A stretch of 64,000 nt of DNA from an uncultured Pseudomonadaceae bacterium. GTDB lineage: Bacteria > Pseudomonadota > Gammaproteobacteria > Pseudomonadales > Pseudomonadaceae. Where the stretch lies: NCBI GenBank assembly GCA_963974865.1, contig CAXBEU010000014.1:1825-65824 (forward strand), given 5' to 3'. The notes under the pieces are model-generated. The model was not told the origin of the DNA. It made no database searches and was given only the letters and a program-made list of their open reading frames with translations. This document shows positions 1 through 11,468 of the stretch, in pieces. How positions within the stretch are numbered: position 1 is the stretch's first letter; each line of letters starts with the position of its first letter. The position numbers and the translations under genes were made by a program.

Positions 1-1
1 T

Positions 2-427
2 GGCCGCAATGCCCAGGGCCCGGTTGGTTATCTGGGACGCTTCCATTCGCAGGTGTCGGTGCTGGCTGAGGGCAGCGAGCGGCAGATGTTGCATTACTTG
101 CGTGCCGGCGTCGACAAGCACTCGGTTCTGAACATTTTTGTCTCCAAGCTGAAAGCGAGCAAGCTGTTCAATTTCACTACAACTACCAATGGCAGCCCGC
201 GGGCGATGGTTCCCCTCGGGAACTATGAGATGGTCATGCCGCTGGATATTTTGCCCACGCAACTCTTGCGCTACCTGATCGTTGGCGACACCGAGATGGC
301 CCAGAAACTGGGTTGTCTGGAGCTGGATGAGGAAGATCTGGCTTTGTGCAGTTATGTGTGTGCCGGCAAATACGAGTATGGCCCGATTCTGCGCGATAAC
401 CTCGCCACGATCGAGAAGGAGGGTTAA
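2..427 (+). CDS. nqrA: NADH:quinone oxidoreductase (NQR) subunit A, 5' truncated by window
   Basis: Frame is open from position 2 ([24 protein letters not shown]...). It ends in the typical NqrA tail [27 protein letters not shown] and lies directly before nqrB. Confidence 0.93.
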   Translation, partial: GRNAQGPVGYLGRFHSQVSVLAEGSERQMLHYLRAGVDKHSVLNIFVSKLKASKLFNFTTTTNGSPRAMVPLGNYEMVMPLDILPTQLLRYLIVGDTEMAQKLGCLELDEEDLALCSYVCAGKYEYGPILRDNLATIEKEG

Positions 428-430
428 TCC

Positions 431-1645
431 ATGGGTTTGCGTACATTTTTGGATAAGATCGAACACAACTTCGAGAAGGGCGGCAAGCACGAAAAGTTCT
501 ATGCCCTTTATGAAGCTATCGATACCTTCTTCTATCGTCCGGGCAGCGTGACCAAGACCACCGCCCACGTGCGTGATGGTCTCGATCTCAAGCGCATGAT
601 GATTACCGTATGGCTGTGCACCTTCCCGGTGATTTTCTACGGGATGTACAACATCGGTTTTCAGGCTAACAGCATTTACGCCGCCAACCCCGAGCTGCTG
701 GATGCTCAGGAAAGCTGGCGCATTGGTCTGATCGCGATGTTTGCCGGCTTTGATGCAGGTAGCCTGTGGGACAACATGATCCATGGTGCGGCCTACTTCC
801 TGCCGGTCTACGCGGTGACCTTTATCGTCGGTGGCTTCTGGGAAGTCCTGTTCGCCTCGATCCGCAAGCATGAAGTCAACGAAGGTTTCTTCGTGACCTC
901 GATCCTGTTCGCGTTGATTCTCCCACCGGATATCCCCCTGTGGCAGGTCGCGCTGGGTATCAGCTTCGGTATCGTGATCGGCAAGGAAGTCTTTGGCGGT
1001 ACTGGCAAGAACTTCCTCAACCCCGCGCTGACGGGCCGTGCTTTCCTGTTTTTTGCCTACCCGGCAGAAATTTCCGGTGACGCAGTCTGGACTGCAGTTG
1101 ATGGCTACGCCGGTGCAACTGCACTGAGCATGGCCGCTTCCGGCGGTATTGAAGCGGTAGTCAACGGCGGTATCACCTGGCTGGATGCTTTTGTCGGCAA
1201 CATCCATGGCTCCATGGGTGAGGTTTCTACACTGGCCATCTTCCTTGGCGGTGCGGTGCTGTTGACGACCAAGATCGCCAACTGGCGAATTGTTGCTGGT
1301 GTGATGATCGGCATGATCGCGATGAGCCTGCTGTTCAATCTGATTGGTTCCGAGACCAATCCGATGTTCGCGATGCCGTGGTACTGGCACATGGTGGTGG
1401 GTGGTTTCGCCTTCGGCATGATCTTCATGGCCACCGATCCGGTATCGGCCTCCATGACCAACCAGGGCAAATGGATCTTTGGTGCACTGATCGGCGTGAT
1501 GGTTCTGCTGATTCGTGTCGTCAACCCGGCATTCCCCGAGGGGATGATGCTGGCCATTCTGTTCGCCAACCTCTTTGCTCCCCTGATTGACCATTTTGTG
1601 GTCCAGGCCAATATCAAGCGGAGGCTTGCACGCCATGTCCAGTAA
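431..1645 (+). CDS. nqrB: NQR subunit B
   Basis: 404 aa polytopic membrane protein with [27 protein letters not shown]-attachment GEVST and terminal [15 protein letters not shown] motifs. Confidence 0.97.
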   Translation: MGLRTFLDKIEHNFEKGGKHEKFYALYEAIDTFFYRPGSVTKTTAHVRDGLDLKRMMITVWLCTFPVIFYGMYNIGFQANSIYAANPELLDAQESWRIGLIAMFAGFDAGSLWDNMIHGAAYFLPVYAVTFIVGGFWEVLFASIRKHEVNEGFFVTSILFALILPPDIPLWQVALGISFGIVIGKEVFGGTGKNFLNPALTGRAFLFFAYPAEISGDAVWTAVDGYAGATALSMAASGGIEAVVNGGITWLDAFVGNIHGSMGEVSTLAIFLGGAVLLTTKIANWRIVAGVMIGMIAMSLLFNLIGSETNPMFAMPWYWHMVVGGFAFGMIFMATDPVSASMTNQGKWIFGALIGVMVLLIRVVNPAFPEGMMLAILFANLFAPLIDHFVVQANIKRRLARHVQ

Positions 1646-2411
1646 AAAAGAAACTGTCAGCCGCACTATTATTGTAGCGCTGCTGGTCTGTCTGGTGTGC
1701 TCGGTGGTGGTTTCTGCCGCTGCCGTGGCGCTCAAGCCAGTGCAGATCACCAACCAATTGCTCGACAAGAAGCGCAACATTCTGTCCATTGCTGGCCTTC
1801 TGGAAGAGGGCGGTGATGTTGAGGCCCAGTTCGAGCAGGTGACTGCTCGCTTGGTTGATTTGCGCACCGGCGAGTTCAGCGAAGAGATGGATCCGCTGAC
1901 CTACGACCAGCAGCAAGCGGCACGGGACCCGGCAATGTCCGAGCGTCTGGAGCCGTCGCAGGACATCGCCAGCATTCGTCGTCGTGAAGATTTCGCAACT
2001 GTTTATATGGTCGAGAATGATCAGGGTATCGAAACCATGATCTTGCCGATCCATGGTTACGGTCTGTGGTCGACGCTTTACGGCTTCATCGCGCTGGAAG
2101 GCGATCTGAAGACTGTAGTGGGTCTGGGCTTTTACCAGCATGCAGAAACACCTGGCCTGGGTGGCGAAGTTGACAACCCGAACTGGCGCCAGCAGTGGAC
2201 CGGCAAGGTGGTCTACGACGAAGACGGCGAAGTGGCCGTACAAGTGCTCAAGGGCAGTGTGGATAGCAACAACCCCAACGCCGAGCATCAGGTCGATGGC
2301 CTGGCAGGCGCAACGCTGACCAGCCGTGGTGTAGAAGCACTGGTGCGTTTCTGGCTGGGTGAGAATGGCTTTGGCCCATTCCTGGAAAATATCAATGAAG
2401 GGGAGGCTTAA
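1635..2411 (+). CDS. nqrC: NQR subunit C
   Basis: ATG 1635 ([10 protein letters not shown]) overlaps the nqrB end. N-terminal TM helix, [21 protein letters not shown] and FMN-binding [13 protein letters not shown]. Confidence 0.96.
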   Translation: MSSKKETVSRTIIVALLVCLVCSVVVSAAAVALKPVQITNQLLDKKRNILSIAGLLEEGGDVEAQFEQVTARLVDLRTGEFSEEMDPLTYDQQQAARDPAMSERLEPSQDIASIRRREDFATVYMVENDQGIETMILPIHGYGLWSTLYGFIALEGDLKTVVGLGFYQHAETPGLGGEVDNPNWRQQWTGKVVYDEDGEVAVQVLKGSVDSNNPNAEHQVDGLAGATLTSRGVEALVRFWLGENGFGPFLENINEGEA

Positions 2412-2413
2412 TC

Positions 2414-3085
2414 ATGGCTAAGGCAAGCGCCAGACAGGTGCTGTTCGATCCTATTTTCAGTAACAACCCGATTGCCCTGCAGATCCTTGGTATCTGCTCG
2501 GCGCTGGCAGTCACCACCAGCATGAACGTGACCCTGGTCATGTGTCTGGCCCTGACGTCCGTGACGGCATTTTCCAACCTGTTTATCTCGGTTATCCGCA
2601 ACCAGATCCCCAGCTCGATCCGCATGATTGTGCAGATGGTGATTATTGCGTCGCTGGTAATCGTGGTAGATCAGTTGCTCAAGGCATTTGCTTACGACAT
2701 CAGCAAGCAGCTGTCGGTATTCGTCGGTCTGATCATCACCAACTGCATCGTGATGGGTCGCGCTGAGGCTTTCGCCATGCAGAACCCACCGCACATGAGC
2801 TTCCTTGACGGTATTGGTAACGGTCTGGGCTACAGCTTCATCCTCATCGTGGTCGCGTTTTTCCGCGAACTGCTTGGCGCTGGCAAGCTGTTTGGCTATG
2901 AGATACTGCCGGTCGTCAACGAGGGTGGTTGGTACCAACCTAATGGTCTGCTGCTGTTGCCGCCATCGGCGTTCTTCATTATTGGTCTGATTATCTGGGC
3001 ATTGCGTGCCTGGAAGACCGAGCAGGTTGAAGAGCCAGATTTCAAAATGGCGCCGCAGAGTCGCACGCTGAAGGAGGCTATGTAA
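2414..3085 (+). CDS. nqrD: NQR subunit D
   Basis: [17 protein letters not shown] and [17 protein letters not shown] motifs; operon position. Confidence 0.97.
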   Translation: MAKASARQVLFDPIFSNNPIALQILGICSALAVTTSMNVTLVMCLALTSVTAFSNLFISVIRNQIPSSIRMIVQMVIIASLVIVVDQLLKAFAYDISKQLSVFVGLIITNCIVMGRAEAFAMQNPPHMSFLDGIGNGLGYSFILIVVAFFRELLGAGKLFGYEILPVVNEGGWYQPNGLLLLPPSAFFIIGLIIWALRAWKTEQVEEPDFKMAPQSRTLKEAM

Positions 3086-3088
3086 GCC

Positions 3089-3700
3089 ATGATTGAACAC
3101 TATATCAGTCTGATGGTTCGGGCAATCTTCGTTGAAAACATGGCGTTGGCCTTCTTTCTCGGCATGTGTACCTTCATCGCCATTTCGAAAAAGGTGCAGA
3201 CGGCGATCGGTCTGGGCATCGCGGTTATCGTGGTACTGACCATCACGGTTCCGGCGAACAACCTGATCTATACCTATCTGCTGCGTGACGGCGCTCTTGC
3301 CTGGGCCGGTCTGCCGAATGTTGACCTGAGCTTCTTGGGTCTGCTCAGCTACATCGGTGTGATCGCCGCTATCGTGCAGATCATGGAGATGCTGCTCGAC
3401 AAGTTCGTACCTGCGCTCTACAACGCACTGGGTGTATTCTTGCCTTTGATTACGGTGAACTGCGCCATCATGGGTGCAGCACTGTTCATGGTCGAGCGCG
3501 ATTACAATCTGAGTGAGAGTGTGGTCTACGGCTTTGGCGCCGGTACTGGCTGGGCGCTCGCAATCGTTGCGCTGGCGGGGATTCGTGAAAAGCTCAAATA
3601 CAGTGATGTTCCTGACGGCTTGCGCGGTCTGGGTATCACGTTTATCACCGTGGGTCTGATGTCCCTCGGTTTCATGTCGTTCTCCGGCGTGCAACTGTAA
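3089..3700 (+). CDS. nqrE: NQR subunit E
   Basis: [20 protein letters not shown] and [10 protein letters not shown] motifs. Confidence 0.97.
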   Translation: MIEHYISLMVRAIFVENMALAFFLGMCTFIAISKKVQTAIGLGIAVIVVLTITVPANNLIYTYLLRDGALAWAGLPNVDLSFLGLLSYIGVIAAIVQIMEMLLDKFVPALYNALGVFLPLITVNCAIMGAALFMVERDYNLSESVVYGFGAGTGWALAIVALAGIREKLKYSDVPDGLRGLGITFITVGLMSLGFMSFSGVQL

Positions 3701-3714
3701 AGGAGCTATCACAG

Positions 3715-4938
3715 ATGAACATGGAAATTTATTTGGGCGTAGGCATGTTTACCGCGATCGTTCTGACGCTGGTAGCCGTTATCCTGATCGCCCGTGCGAA
3801 ACTGGTCAGCAGTGGTGATATCTCCATTGAAATCAATGGCGAACGCACCATTACTGTGCCTGCGGGCGGAAAGTTGCTCAACACCCTGTCGGCTAACGGG
3901 ATCTTCCTGTCTTCCGCCTGTGGTGGTGGTGGTACCTGCGCGCAGTGCAAGTGCATCGTGGAAGAGGGTGGCGGTGAAATGCTGCCCACCGAAGAGAGCC
4001 ACTTCACCAAGCGTGAAGCCAAGGAAGGCTGGCGCCTATCCTGCCAGGCTCCGGTCAAGCAGGATATGAAGATTGAAGTGCCGGAAGAAGTCTTCGGCGT
4101 GAAGAAATGGGAATGCACCGTAGAAGCCAACCCCAACGTTGCTACCTTCATCAAGGAGCTGACGCTGAAATTGCCGGAAGGCGAAAACGTCGATTTCCGC
4201 GCTGGTGGTTACGTGCAGTTGGAATGCCCGCCACACACCGTGAACTACAAGGATTTCGACATTCAGCCGGAATTCCGTGGTGATTGGGACAAGTTCGACA
4301 TGTGGCGCTTTGTCTCCAAGGTCGACGAAACCGTTATCCGCGCCTATTCAATGGCCAACTATCCGGAAGAGCGTGGCGTGGTCAAGTTCAACCTGCGGGT
4401 GGCATCGCCACCACCGGGTCGTGATGATCTGCCACCGGGCAAGATGTCTTCCTGGTGCTTTGCTCTGAAGCCGGGTGACAAGGTCACGGTATACGGTCCC
4501 TTCGGTGAATTCTTTGCCAAGGAAACAGACGCGGAGATGGTCTTCGTGGGTGGTGGTGCCGGTATGGCGCCAATGCGCTCGCACATCTTTGACCAACTGG
4601 GTCGGATCAAGACCAAGCGCAAGATCAGCTTCTGGTACGGTGCTCGCTCCCTGCGTGAAGCCTTCTATGTCGAGGAATTCGACAAGCTGGCGGAAGAGAA
4701 CGAGAACTTCGAGTGGCACCTGGCATTGTCGGACCCGCTGCCTGAAGACAACTGGACTGGCCCCACGGGCTTCATCCACAACGTACTGCTGGAGAACTAC
4801 CTCAAGGATCACCCTGCGCCTGAGGACTGCGAGTTCTATATGTGTGGGCCGCCGATGATGAACGCGTCGGTGATCAAGATGTTGCAGGACATGGGTGTTG
4901 AGCCGGAAAACATCATGCTTGATGATTTTGGCGGCTAG
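3715..4938 (+). CDS. nqrF: NQR subunit F (2Fe-2S / FAD / NADH-binding)
   Basis: [12 protein letters not shown]...RLSCQ ferredoxin motif, [26 protein letters not shown], terminal LDDFGG. Confidence 0.98.
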   Translation: MNMEIYLGVGMFTAIVLTLVAVILIARAKLVSSGDISIEINGERTITVPAGGKLLNTLSANGIFLSSACGGGGTCAQCKCIVEEGGGEMLPTEESHFTKREAKEGWRLSCQAPVKQDMKIEVPEEVFGVKKWECTVEANPNVATFIKELTLKLPEGENVDFRAGGYVQLECPPHTVNYKDFDIQPEFRGDWDKFDMWRFVSKVDETVIRAYSMANYPEERGVVKFNLRVASPPPGRDDLPPGKMSSWCFALKPGDKVTVYGPFGEFFAKETDAEMVFVGGGAGMAPMRSHIFDQLGRIKTKRKISFWYGARSLREAFYVEEFDKLAEENENFEWHLALSDPLPEDNWTGPTGFIHNVLLENYLKDHPAPEDCEFYMCGPPMMNASVIKMLQDMGVEPENIMLDDFGG

Positions 4939-4939
4939 A

Positions 4940-5962
4940 GTGTTTTTACGCGTCATTCAGCCCGTTATCGCTGTTGCCCTGGCAGCAGCCCTAACGGGCT
5001 GTTTCCATTCTATGGAGCCGGTTTCGGAAGTCACCGGCTCCACCATGGGCAGTACCTATTCAATCAAATGGGTCAACGCCGAGGGTACTCCCAGTACCGA
5101 AACCGTCCACGCCGAGATCGAAACGTTACTGAGTGATTTTGATAGTGAAGTCTCCACCTGGCGCGAGGATTCGGACCTCGCCCGCTTCAATGCCTTGCCA
5201 GCCGATAGTTGTGCCGAGATGCCGACGTCGGTGCTTGAGCTCGTAGGGCTGGGGCATATACTGTCAGAAGAAAGTGGTGGTGATTTTGATCTGACCGTGG
5301 GGCCGCTGATGAAGCTCTGGGGCTTTCACGGGGGCGATGGCAGCCAGGTCGTTCCCGACCCGCTGGTCCTCCAGGCCACGTTGGAGAAGGTAGGCCAGCG
5401 GCACTTGCGGGTTGAAGGTACGCAGTTGTGCAAATCCGTCAATGTGCAGGTTGATGTCAGCGCCATTGCTGCGGGTTATGTGGTCGACAAGGTAGTTGAT
5501 CATCTGCTGAAGCGAGGTATCAGCAGCTACATGGTAGAAATTACCGGCGAGCTGAAGGCTGAGGGCTTGAAGCCCGGTAATACACCCTGGAAGATAGCCA
5601 TTGAAGAGCCCAGGGACGATCAGCGCATGGCCCATCTGATTGTTAAACTCGATGGGCAGTCGGTGTCTACCTCCGGGGACTACCGCAACTATTTCGAATT
5701 TGAAGGTAAGCGCTATTCGCATACCTTTGACCCCAGTAGCGGCAAGCCGGTTATGCATGAACTGGCGGCGGTAACGGTGTTACACAACTCGGCGGCTACT
5801 GCCGATGGGCTATCTACCGTGTTGCTGGTCAAGGGGCCCGAGAAGGGCTGGGAGTTTGCGCTTGAGCACGAGGTGGCTGCGCTCTTTGTAGTGCGCGACG
5901 GCAAACGCTTTATCTCCAAGGCGACCCCTACATTCACTGCTCTTACACAGAGCGAGGAGTAA
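4940..5962 (+). CDS. apbE: FAD:protein FMN transferase, lipoprotein
   Basis: Probable GTG start at 4940, lipobox LTGC, GSTMGSTY, DLTVGPLMKLWGF, STSGDYRNYFE, ADGLST. Follows nqrF. Confidence 0.93.
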   Translation: MFLRVIQPVIAVALAAALTGCFHSMEPVSEVTGSTMGSTYSIKWVNAEGTPSTETVHAEIETLLSDFDSEVSTWREDSDLARFNALPADSCAEMPTSVLELVGLGHILSEESGGDFDLTVGPLMKLWGFHGGDGSQVVPDPLVLQATLEKVGQRHLRVEGTQLCKSVNVQVDVSAIAAGYVVDKVVDHLLKRGISSYMVEITGELKAEGLKPGNTPWKIAIEEPRDDQRMAHLIVKLDGQSVSTSGDYRNYFEFEGKRYSHTFDPSSGKPVMHELAAVTVLHNSAATADGLSTVLLVKGPEKGWEFALEHEVAALFVVRDGKRFISKATPTFTALTQSEE

Positions 5963-5965
5963 TTC

Positions 5966-6205
5966 ATGGTTTGGGTTCTGGCATTTTCATTGATGTTATT
6001 GATCGTGGTCGGTATGTCAGTTGGCGTCATGATGGGTCGCAAGCCTATCGCTGGTTCCTGCGGCGGGATTGGCGCAACGGGTGTAGACAAGGCCTGTGGC
6101 ATCTGTGGCGGTGACGTCACCAAGTGCGAAGAAACCGGTACAAATGCCGGTATAGAGCCACGCAAGCCAAAAAATCTGGGCTACGACGCGACCAAGGTCG
6201 ACTAG
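5966..6205 (+). CDS. nqrM: NQR maturation factor NqrM (DUF539)
   Basis: 79 aa, single TM helix then KPIAGSCGG...CGICGG...C; canonical position after apbE. Confidence 0.88.
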   Translation: MVWVLAFSLMLLIVVGMSVGVMMGRKPIAGSCGGIGATGVDKACGICGGDVTKCEETGTNAGIEPRKPKNLGYDATKVD

Positions 6206-6260
6206 TTGCCTGCGGTTGGCTATGACAGCATACCGACGATATTTACAAGGAAATCAATGA

Positions 6261-7658
6261 ATGGCTGTATATAACTATGATGTGGTGGTGCTGGGCTCCG
6301 GCCCGGCGGGTGAGGGTGCTGCGATGAATGCAGCCAAGCACGGCCGCAAGGTCGCTGTGGTGGAAGAGCGGGCCATGGTTGGCGGCAATTGCACACACCT
6401 GGGGACCATTCCCTCCAAGGCATTGCGTTATTCGGTCAAGCAGATCATTCACTTCAACACCAACAAGATGTTTCGCTCGATTGGCGAGCCGCGCTGGTTT
6501 TCCTTCCCTGACGTGCTGAAAAGCGCGGAAAAGGTCATGGGCAAGCAGGTGACCTCGCGCACCAGTTACTACGCGCGCAACCGGGTGGATGTGTTTTTCG
6601 GCAAGGGTAGCTTTGCTGATGAGCACACCATCGAGCTGGTGAATAAATCCGGTGTGGTCGAGAAACTGATCGCCAAGGAAATCATCATAGCCACCGGGTC
6701 ACGTCCTTACCGCCCAGCCGATGTCAATTTCAGCCATCCGCGTATCTATGACAGCGATACCATCCTCAAGCTCAACCATACTCCGCGCACGCTGATCATC
6801 TACGGTGCCGGGGTTATCGGTTGTGAGTACGCGTCGATTTTCTGCGGGCTTGGGGTCAAGGTTGATCTGATCGACAACCGTGAGCGCCTCCTGAGTTTCC
6901 TTGATGATGAAATCTCCGATGCCTTGAGTTATCACCTGCGTAACAACAGCGTGCTGATTCGCCACAACGAAGAATATGAAAGCATCGAAGGTCTTGATAG
7001 CCGCGGTGTGGTGCTCAATCTCAAGTCCGGCAAAAAGCTCAAGGCCGACGCACTGCTCTGGTGTAATGGCCGCTCAGGTAATACCGATGGTATGGGCCTG
7101 GAAAACGTTGGCTTGCGCGCCAACAGCCGTGGCCAGTTGAGTGTCGATGAGAACTACCGCACCGAAGTGCCGAACATCTACGCCGTCGGCGATGTGATTG
7201 GTTGGCCGAGTCTGGCCAGTGCCGCCTTCGACCAGGGACGCTCTGCAGCAGGCAATATTGTCAGCAATGACGCCTGGCGCTTTGTCGATGATGTGCCCAC
7301 CGGCATTTACACCATCCCGGAGATCAGCTCGCTGGGCAAAACCGAGCGCGAACTGACCGAGGCGCATGTGCCCTATGAAATCGGCCAGGCCTTTTTCAAG
7401 AGCATGGCCAGGGCGCAGATCACCGACGAGCCTGTGGGCATGTTGAAGATCCTGTTTCACCGGGAAACCTTGCAGGTATTGGGTATCCACTGTTTTGGTG
7501 ACCAAGCATCCGAGATCGTGCATATCGGTCAGGCAATCATGAACCAGGAGGGGGAGGCCAATACCATCAAGTATTTCGTCAACACCACCTTCAACTATCC
7601 GACGATGGCCGAAGCCTATCGTGTTGCGGCGCTGGATGGTTTGAACCGCCTGTTCTGA
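6261..7658 (+). CDS. sthA: Soluble pyridine nucleotide transhydrogenase
   Basis: [32 protein letters not shown] and terminal [22 protein letters not shown]. Confidence 0.97.
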   Translation: MAVYNYDVVVLGSGPAGEGAAMNAAKHGRKVAVVEERAMVGGNCTHLGTIPSKALRYSVKQIIHFNTNKMFRSIGEPRWFSFPDVLKSAEKVMGKQVTSRTSYYARNRVDVFFGKGSFADEHTIELVNKSGVVEKLIAKEIIIATGSRPYRPADVNFSHPRIYDSDTILKLNHTPRTLIIYGAGVIGCEYASIFCGLGVKVDLIDNRERLLSFLDDEISDALSYHLRNNSVLIRHNEEYESIEGLDSRGVVLNLKSGKKLKADALLWCNGRSGNTDGMGLENVGLRANSRGQLSVDENYRTEVPNIYAVGDVIGWPSLASAAFDQGRSAAGNIVSNDAWRFVDDVPTGIYTIPEISSLGKTERELTEAHVPYEIGQAFFKSMARAQITDEPVGMLKILFHRETLQVLGIHCFGDQASEIVHIGQAIMNQEGEANTIKYFVNTTFNYPTMAEAYRVAALDGLNRLF

Positions 7659-7683
7659 AACTCTGCAGGCTCTGCGGTTGATA

Positions 7684-7713
7684 AGCCCCGCTTTGCAAGC
7701 GGGGTTTTTTATT
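7684..7713 (+). terminator. Intrinsic terminator between sthA and convergent GDPD
   Basis: gccccgct-ttgca-agcggggt stem followed by a T tract. Confidence 0.8.
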
Positions 7714-7719
7714 GCACGG

Positions 7720-8451
7720 TTACTGGGCCGGGCTGCCCAGCGTATCCATCGCCAACTGGGGGAAGTCAGTGATGATGCTGTCAACGCCCATCTCCACCAG
7801 GCGTTCCATCAGGGCCGGCTCATTGACGGTCCAGACGGAGACATGCAGGCCCTGAGCCTTGGCGCTGGCCACCCGCTGTGCGCTGCACAGTTTCCAGTTC
7901 AATATCAGATACTCGCAGCCATAGCGTTTGCAGCTTTTGACCCAGTCAATCAACCCATACTCTTCGACCAGGCCGGTAGGCAGGCTGAAGCTGCTGTCGC
8001 GCGCGGTTTTCAGCAGCGTTCGGCTGCTGGAGGTGAGCACCACCTTGTCTTGCAGGCCGAAACGGTCGACCAGTTCAGTGACGGCATCGAGCACAATACG
8101 TGATTGACCGGCGGAGCCGCTTTTGACCTCAAGCTGATAGTGCTCAAACTCCGGGCAGGCCTCGAAGAGCTGTTCCAGGCTCGGTATCGGGCAGACCTCA
8201 GGCCAGCTTGGCCCCCCCCTGCGCGCATCAATTTGCATCAGTTCGGCAGCGCTGTGCTGGGCAATCTTGCCGCGCAGGCCGGTCGTGCGTCTCAGAGTGG
8301 TGTCGTGAATGACCATCAACTGGCGATCGGCGGAAAGGTGCAGGTCCAGCTCTACCCGGCGGACGCCCGCTTTCAATGCTTGATGAAAACTCGGGAGGGT
8401 GTTTTCCGGGGCTTCGCCGCGGGCACCGCGGTGACCATAAATTAACGTCAT
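7720..8451 (-). CDS. Glycerophosphodiester phosphodiesterase family protein
   Basis: YGHRGARGEAPENT, ELDLHLS...VIHD, VWTVN...GVDSIITDFP motifs. Confidence 0.92.
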   Translation of the reverse strand: MTLIYGHRGARGEAPENTLPSFHQALKAGVRRVELDLHLSADRQLMVIHDTTLRRTTGLRGKIAQHSAAELMQIDARRGGPSWPEVCPIPSLEQLFEACPEFEHYQLEVKSGSAGQSRIVLDAVTELVDRFGLQDKVVLTSSSRTLLKTARDSSFSLPTGLVEEYGLIDWVKSCKRYGCEYLILNWKLCSAQRVASAKAQGLHVSVWTVNEPALMERLVEMGVDSIITDFPQLAMDTLGSPAQ

Positions 8452-8457
8452 AGGTGA

Positions 8458-8778
8458 TCAGTTGCCCTGGCGTTGATGTTGGCGGACGCTATGGACCACC
8501 TTGTCATGTTCAAAATACACGCTGAAATCGGCGTAATCCCAACGGCTGATGGGTGGCTCGCCGACGGCAGCATGCCGGCTGACGGGCTCGCCGTAGCGCT
8601 GGGTGACACTGGCGCCGCTCAAACCACGCTGGGGCAGTGAGCTAGTGGTTTGGCCTGCCTGCTGGCCGAGAGGAATAACCAGCGTGTCAGCCTGGGCGCT
8701 CATGGCAGTCATCAACACACAAGCGGCCAATATGGAGCAGGCCATGGCGGTACGTGACTCAATTCGAATTGATTTCAT
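8458..8778 (-). CDS. Small exported hypothetical protein
   Basis: 106 aa, Sec signal ending AQA-D, V-x-QRYGEP...SRWDY...VYFE pattern. Start overlaps the stop of the upstream PilZ gene. Confidence 0.75.
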   Translation of the reverse strand: MKSIRIESRTAMACSILAACVLMTAMSAQADTLVIPLGQQAGQTTSSLPQRGLSGASVTQRYGEPVSRHAAVGEPPISRWDYADFSVYFEHDKVVHSVRQHQRQGN

Positions 8779-9377
8779 ATCGGCATCCTTTCTGATGTTT
8801 TGGCGGCGCGAATTTCCTGCGCCTGCTTTTGAAGAATATGTCGCGCCAGTAGCTGCCGCTGGGCATCGCTGAGACTGTCGAAGGTGACGCCGACTTGCCA
8901 GTTACCCGCCTGCTCATTACCTTCCTGCTCAGCCTCGCAGCGGATGACCCGCGCGGGTAATACCAATCCCAGCGGGGAAGGCATCAGCACCATACGCAGC
9001 ATCAGCCAGGAATCAATCGGGTAGGGCTGCGGCGAGCTGAACGCCATGCCGCCTTCGCTCAGAGTCACTTCCTGCGGCTCGCTCAGGTCTCCCGCGAGTT
9101 GCATGGCCAGGGCCTTGCCGACCAGGTCGACCCGCTTGTTGATGATCTTCAGGTAGTGCGCGAGGGATCGATCGCGTTCGGCGATCTGCCTGAGCAGATG
9201 CTGGGACTCGTAGTCGAGCATGTGCAGGTCGCTGAGCAGGCTGAACAGCGGGGATTCTTCATCCTGCAGTTCTTTGTCCAGGTCGGGCCCGTCTACGGGT
9301 TTGACCTGCAGCGCGATCTGATCGCGGATACGAAAAAAATCGCGTTTGTCGTCCGTGCCGCCATCATCTGTTTGCAT
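8775..9377 (-). CDS. PilZ-domain protein (c-di-GMP receptor-like)
   Basis: RDFFR (RxxxR), TLSEGG, C-terminal VGVTFDSLSDAQRQLLARHIL; syntenic position before lol genes. Confidence 0.85.
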   Translation of the reverse strand: MQTDDGGTDDKRDFFRIRDQIALQVKPVDGPDLDKELQDEESPLFSLLSDLHMLDYESQHLLRQIAERDRSLAHYLKIINKRVDLVGKALAMQLAGDLSEPQEVTLSEGGMAFSSPQPYPIDSWLMLRMVLMPSPLGLVLPARVIRCEAEQEGNEQAGNWQVGVTFDSLSDAQRQLLARHILQKQAQEIRAAKTSERMPI

Positions 9378-9490
9378 GACATTACTCGTATTAGCCGGTC
9401 TGAAGCGCTGAACAATCGCCTGGAATCAGTGTAACATGCAGTCCGAACCGTCACTCAACAGGGCATCGCCCATCAGGTAACCGGTATTCC

Positions 9491-10735
9491 ATGTTCAGAC
9501 CTTTGCCCTTTTTTATCGGCCTCCGCTACACCCGGGCCAAGCGCCGCAATCACTTCATTTCATTTATATCACTGATTTCCATGCTAGGCCTCACCCTGGG
9601 TGTGATGGTCATGATCCTGGTATTGTCGGTGATGAATGGCTTTGACCGCGAACTGCGTACCCGCATTCTGGGGATGGTGCCACACGCGACCATCAGTTCC
9701 GAGCAGCCCATGGATGACTGGCAGAGCCTGGCAACCCGTCTGGAGGAGCACCCGCAGGTCGTTGCCGCAGCGCCCTTTATCCAACTGCAGGGCATGCTCA
9801 CGCATAACGGTGGCGTCGCGCCGGTGCTGGTCAGCGGTGTGATTCCAGACGCCGAGAAAAACGTGTCCATTATCGAACAACACATGACCCAGGGCGCCTT
9901 GAGCGACCTGCACGATGGCGAGTTCGGCATCATCATTGGCGAGCTGATCGCCAAGCGTTTCGGCGTTCAGGTAGGCGACAAGCTGACCTTCGTATTGCCG
10001 GAAGCGTCCGTCACGCCAGCGGGCGTGTTCCCGCGTCTCAAGCGTTTCAATGTCGTGGGCGTGTTCAAGGTAGGTGCCGAGCTGGACAGCTCGCTGGCAA
10101 TGATTCATGCCGGTGACGCCGCGCGCCTGTCGCGCTGGCAGCCAGGCCAGATGCAGGGGCTGCGGGTCAAGCTGGATGACCTGTTCCAGGCACCGAAAGT
10201 CGCCTGGGACCTGGCACTCACTTTGCCTGGCAATTACTACGCGCAGGACTGGACTCGCACCCATGGCAACCTGTTTGCCGCGATTCGCATGGAAAAGACC
10301 ATGATTGGTCTGTTACTGCTGCTAATCGTCGCGGTGGCCGCCTTCAATATCATTTCCACGCTGGTGATGGTGGTGACCGACAAGAAAGCGGACATCGCGA
10401 TCCTGCGTACTCTGGGCGCTTCGCCGGGCACTATCATGGGTATCTTCATGGTGCAGGGCTCGGTCATTGGCGTGATAGGGACCTTGGCCGGTGGCGTCCT
10501 GGGCGTGCTGGCTGCGCTGAACGTGTCGGCCATGGTTGCGGGGCTGGAATCGCTGTTTGGCGTTCAATTCCTCAGCTCTGATGTGTACTTCATCAGCTAT
10601 CTGCCATCGCAGCTGATCTGGAACGATGTGGTGTTGATCTGCTTGACGGCGCTGGGCATGAGCTTTGCCGCTACCCTGTATCCCGCCTGGCGGGCATCGC
10701 GAACCGAGCCAGCGGAGGCTTTGCGTTATGACTGA
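9491..10735 (+). CDS. Lipoprotein-releasing ABC transporter permease (LolC/E family, possibly LolF-type)
   Basis: [70 protein letters not shown]. Confidence 0.95.
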   Translation: MFRPLPFFIGLRYTRAKRRNHFISFISLISMLGLTLGVMVMILVLSVMNGFDRELRTRILGMVPHATISSEQPMDDWQSLATRLEEHPQVVAAAPFIQLQGMLTHNGGVAPVLVSGVIPDAEKNVSIIEQHMTQGALSDLHDGEFGIIIGELIAKRFGVQVGDKLTFVLPEASVTPAGVFPRLKRFNVVGVFKVGAELDSSLAMIHAGDAARLSRWQPGQMQGLRVKLDDLFQAPKVAWDLALTLPGNYYAQDWTRTHGNLFAAIRMEKTMIGLLLLLIVAVAAFNIISTLVMVVTDKKADIAILRTLGASPGTIMGIFMVQGSVIGVIGTLAGGVLGVLAALNVSAMVAGLESLFGVQFLSSDVYFISYLPSQLIWNDVVLICLTALGMSFAATLYPAWRASRTEPAEALRYD

Positions 10736-11414
10736 AGTGGTGCTGGAATGTCGCCAGCTGAGTATGGAATATGCCATCGGCCCGCAGCGTCTGCGCGTGC
10801 TGGACTCGATCAATTTACGCATGGTGGCTGGCGAGCGCATCGCCATTGTCGGCAGCTCCGGTTCGGGCAAGACCACCTTGCTGAACCTGCTGGGTGGTCT
10901 GGATACCCCCACTGAGGGTGAGGTCTGGCTGGCCGGCCAGCAGATGTCGGCGCTCAAGGAATCCGAGCGAGGGCAGTTACGCAATTCGGGACTGGGCTTT
11001 GTCTATCAGTTCCACCATTTGCTGGCAGAGTTCACCGCGCTGGAGAATGTCTGCATGCCGTTGCTGATCGGGCGTACGCCTATCGCCAAGGCACGTGAGA
11101 TGGGTACCGAGATGTTGCGCCGTGTGGGGCTGAGCGAGCGGGCAGGGCACAAGCCTGCCGAACTGTCTGGCGGTGAGCGTCAGCGGGTCGCCATTGCCCG
11201 AGCTCTGATCAATCAGCCGGCCTGTGTGCTGCTGGATGAGCCGACCGGTAACCTGGATCAGACCACCGCGAAAAGCATTCAGCAATTGATGCTGGAGCTA
11301 AGCCAGAGCCTGGATACCGCCTTTATGGTGGTGACTCATGATCTGGCCCTGGCTTCGCAGATGGACCGCGTGCTGACGTTGAACCAGGGGCATCTTGCCG
11401 CGATGGAGTTGTAA
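10728..11414 (+). CDS. lolD: Lipoprotein-releasing ABC transporter ATPase
   Basis: ATG 10728 overlaps the permease stop. Walker [42 protein letters not shown]. Confidence 0.96.
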   Translation: MTEVVLECRQLSMEYAIGPQRLRVLDSINLRMVAGERIAIVGSSGSGKTTLLNLLGGLDTPTEGEVWLAGQQMSALKESERGQLRNSGLGFVYQFHHLLAEFTALENVCMPLLIGRTPIAKAREMGTEMLRRVGLSERAGHKPAELSGGERQRVAIARALINQPACVLLDEPTGNLDQTTAKSIQQLMLELSQSLDTAFMVVTHDLALASQMDRVLTLNQGHLAAMEL

Positions 11415-11468
11415 GCGGACGCACTGATTATCTGACTTCTATCGAATCTCAACGCCCGGCACTCTGAA

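Noticed and set aside
2408-3712. 434-aa minus-strand ORF
   Set aside because: Antisense to nqrDE; no independent evidence.
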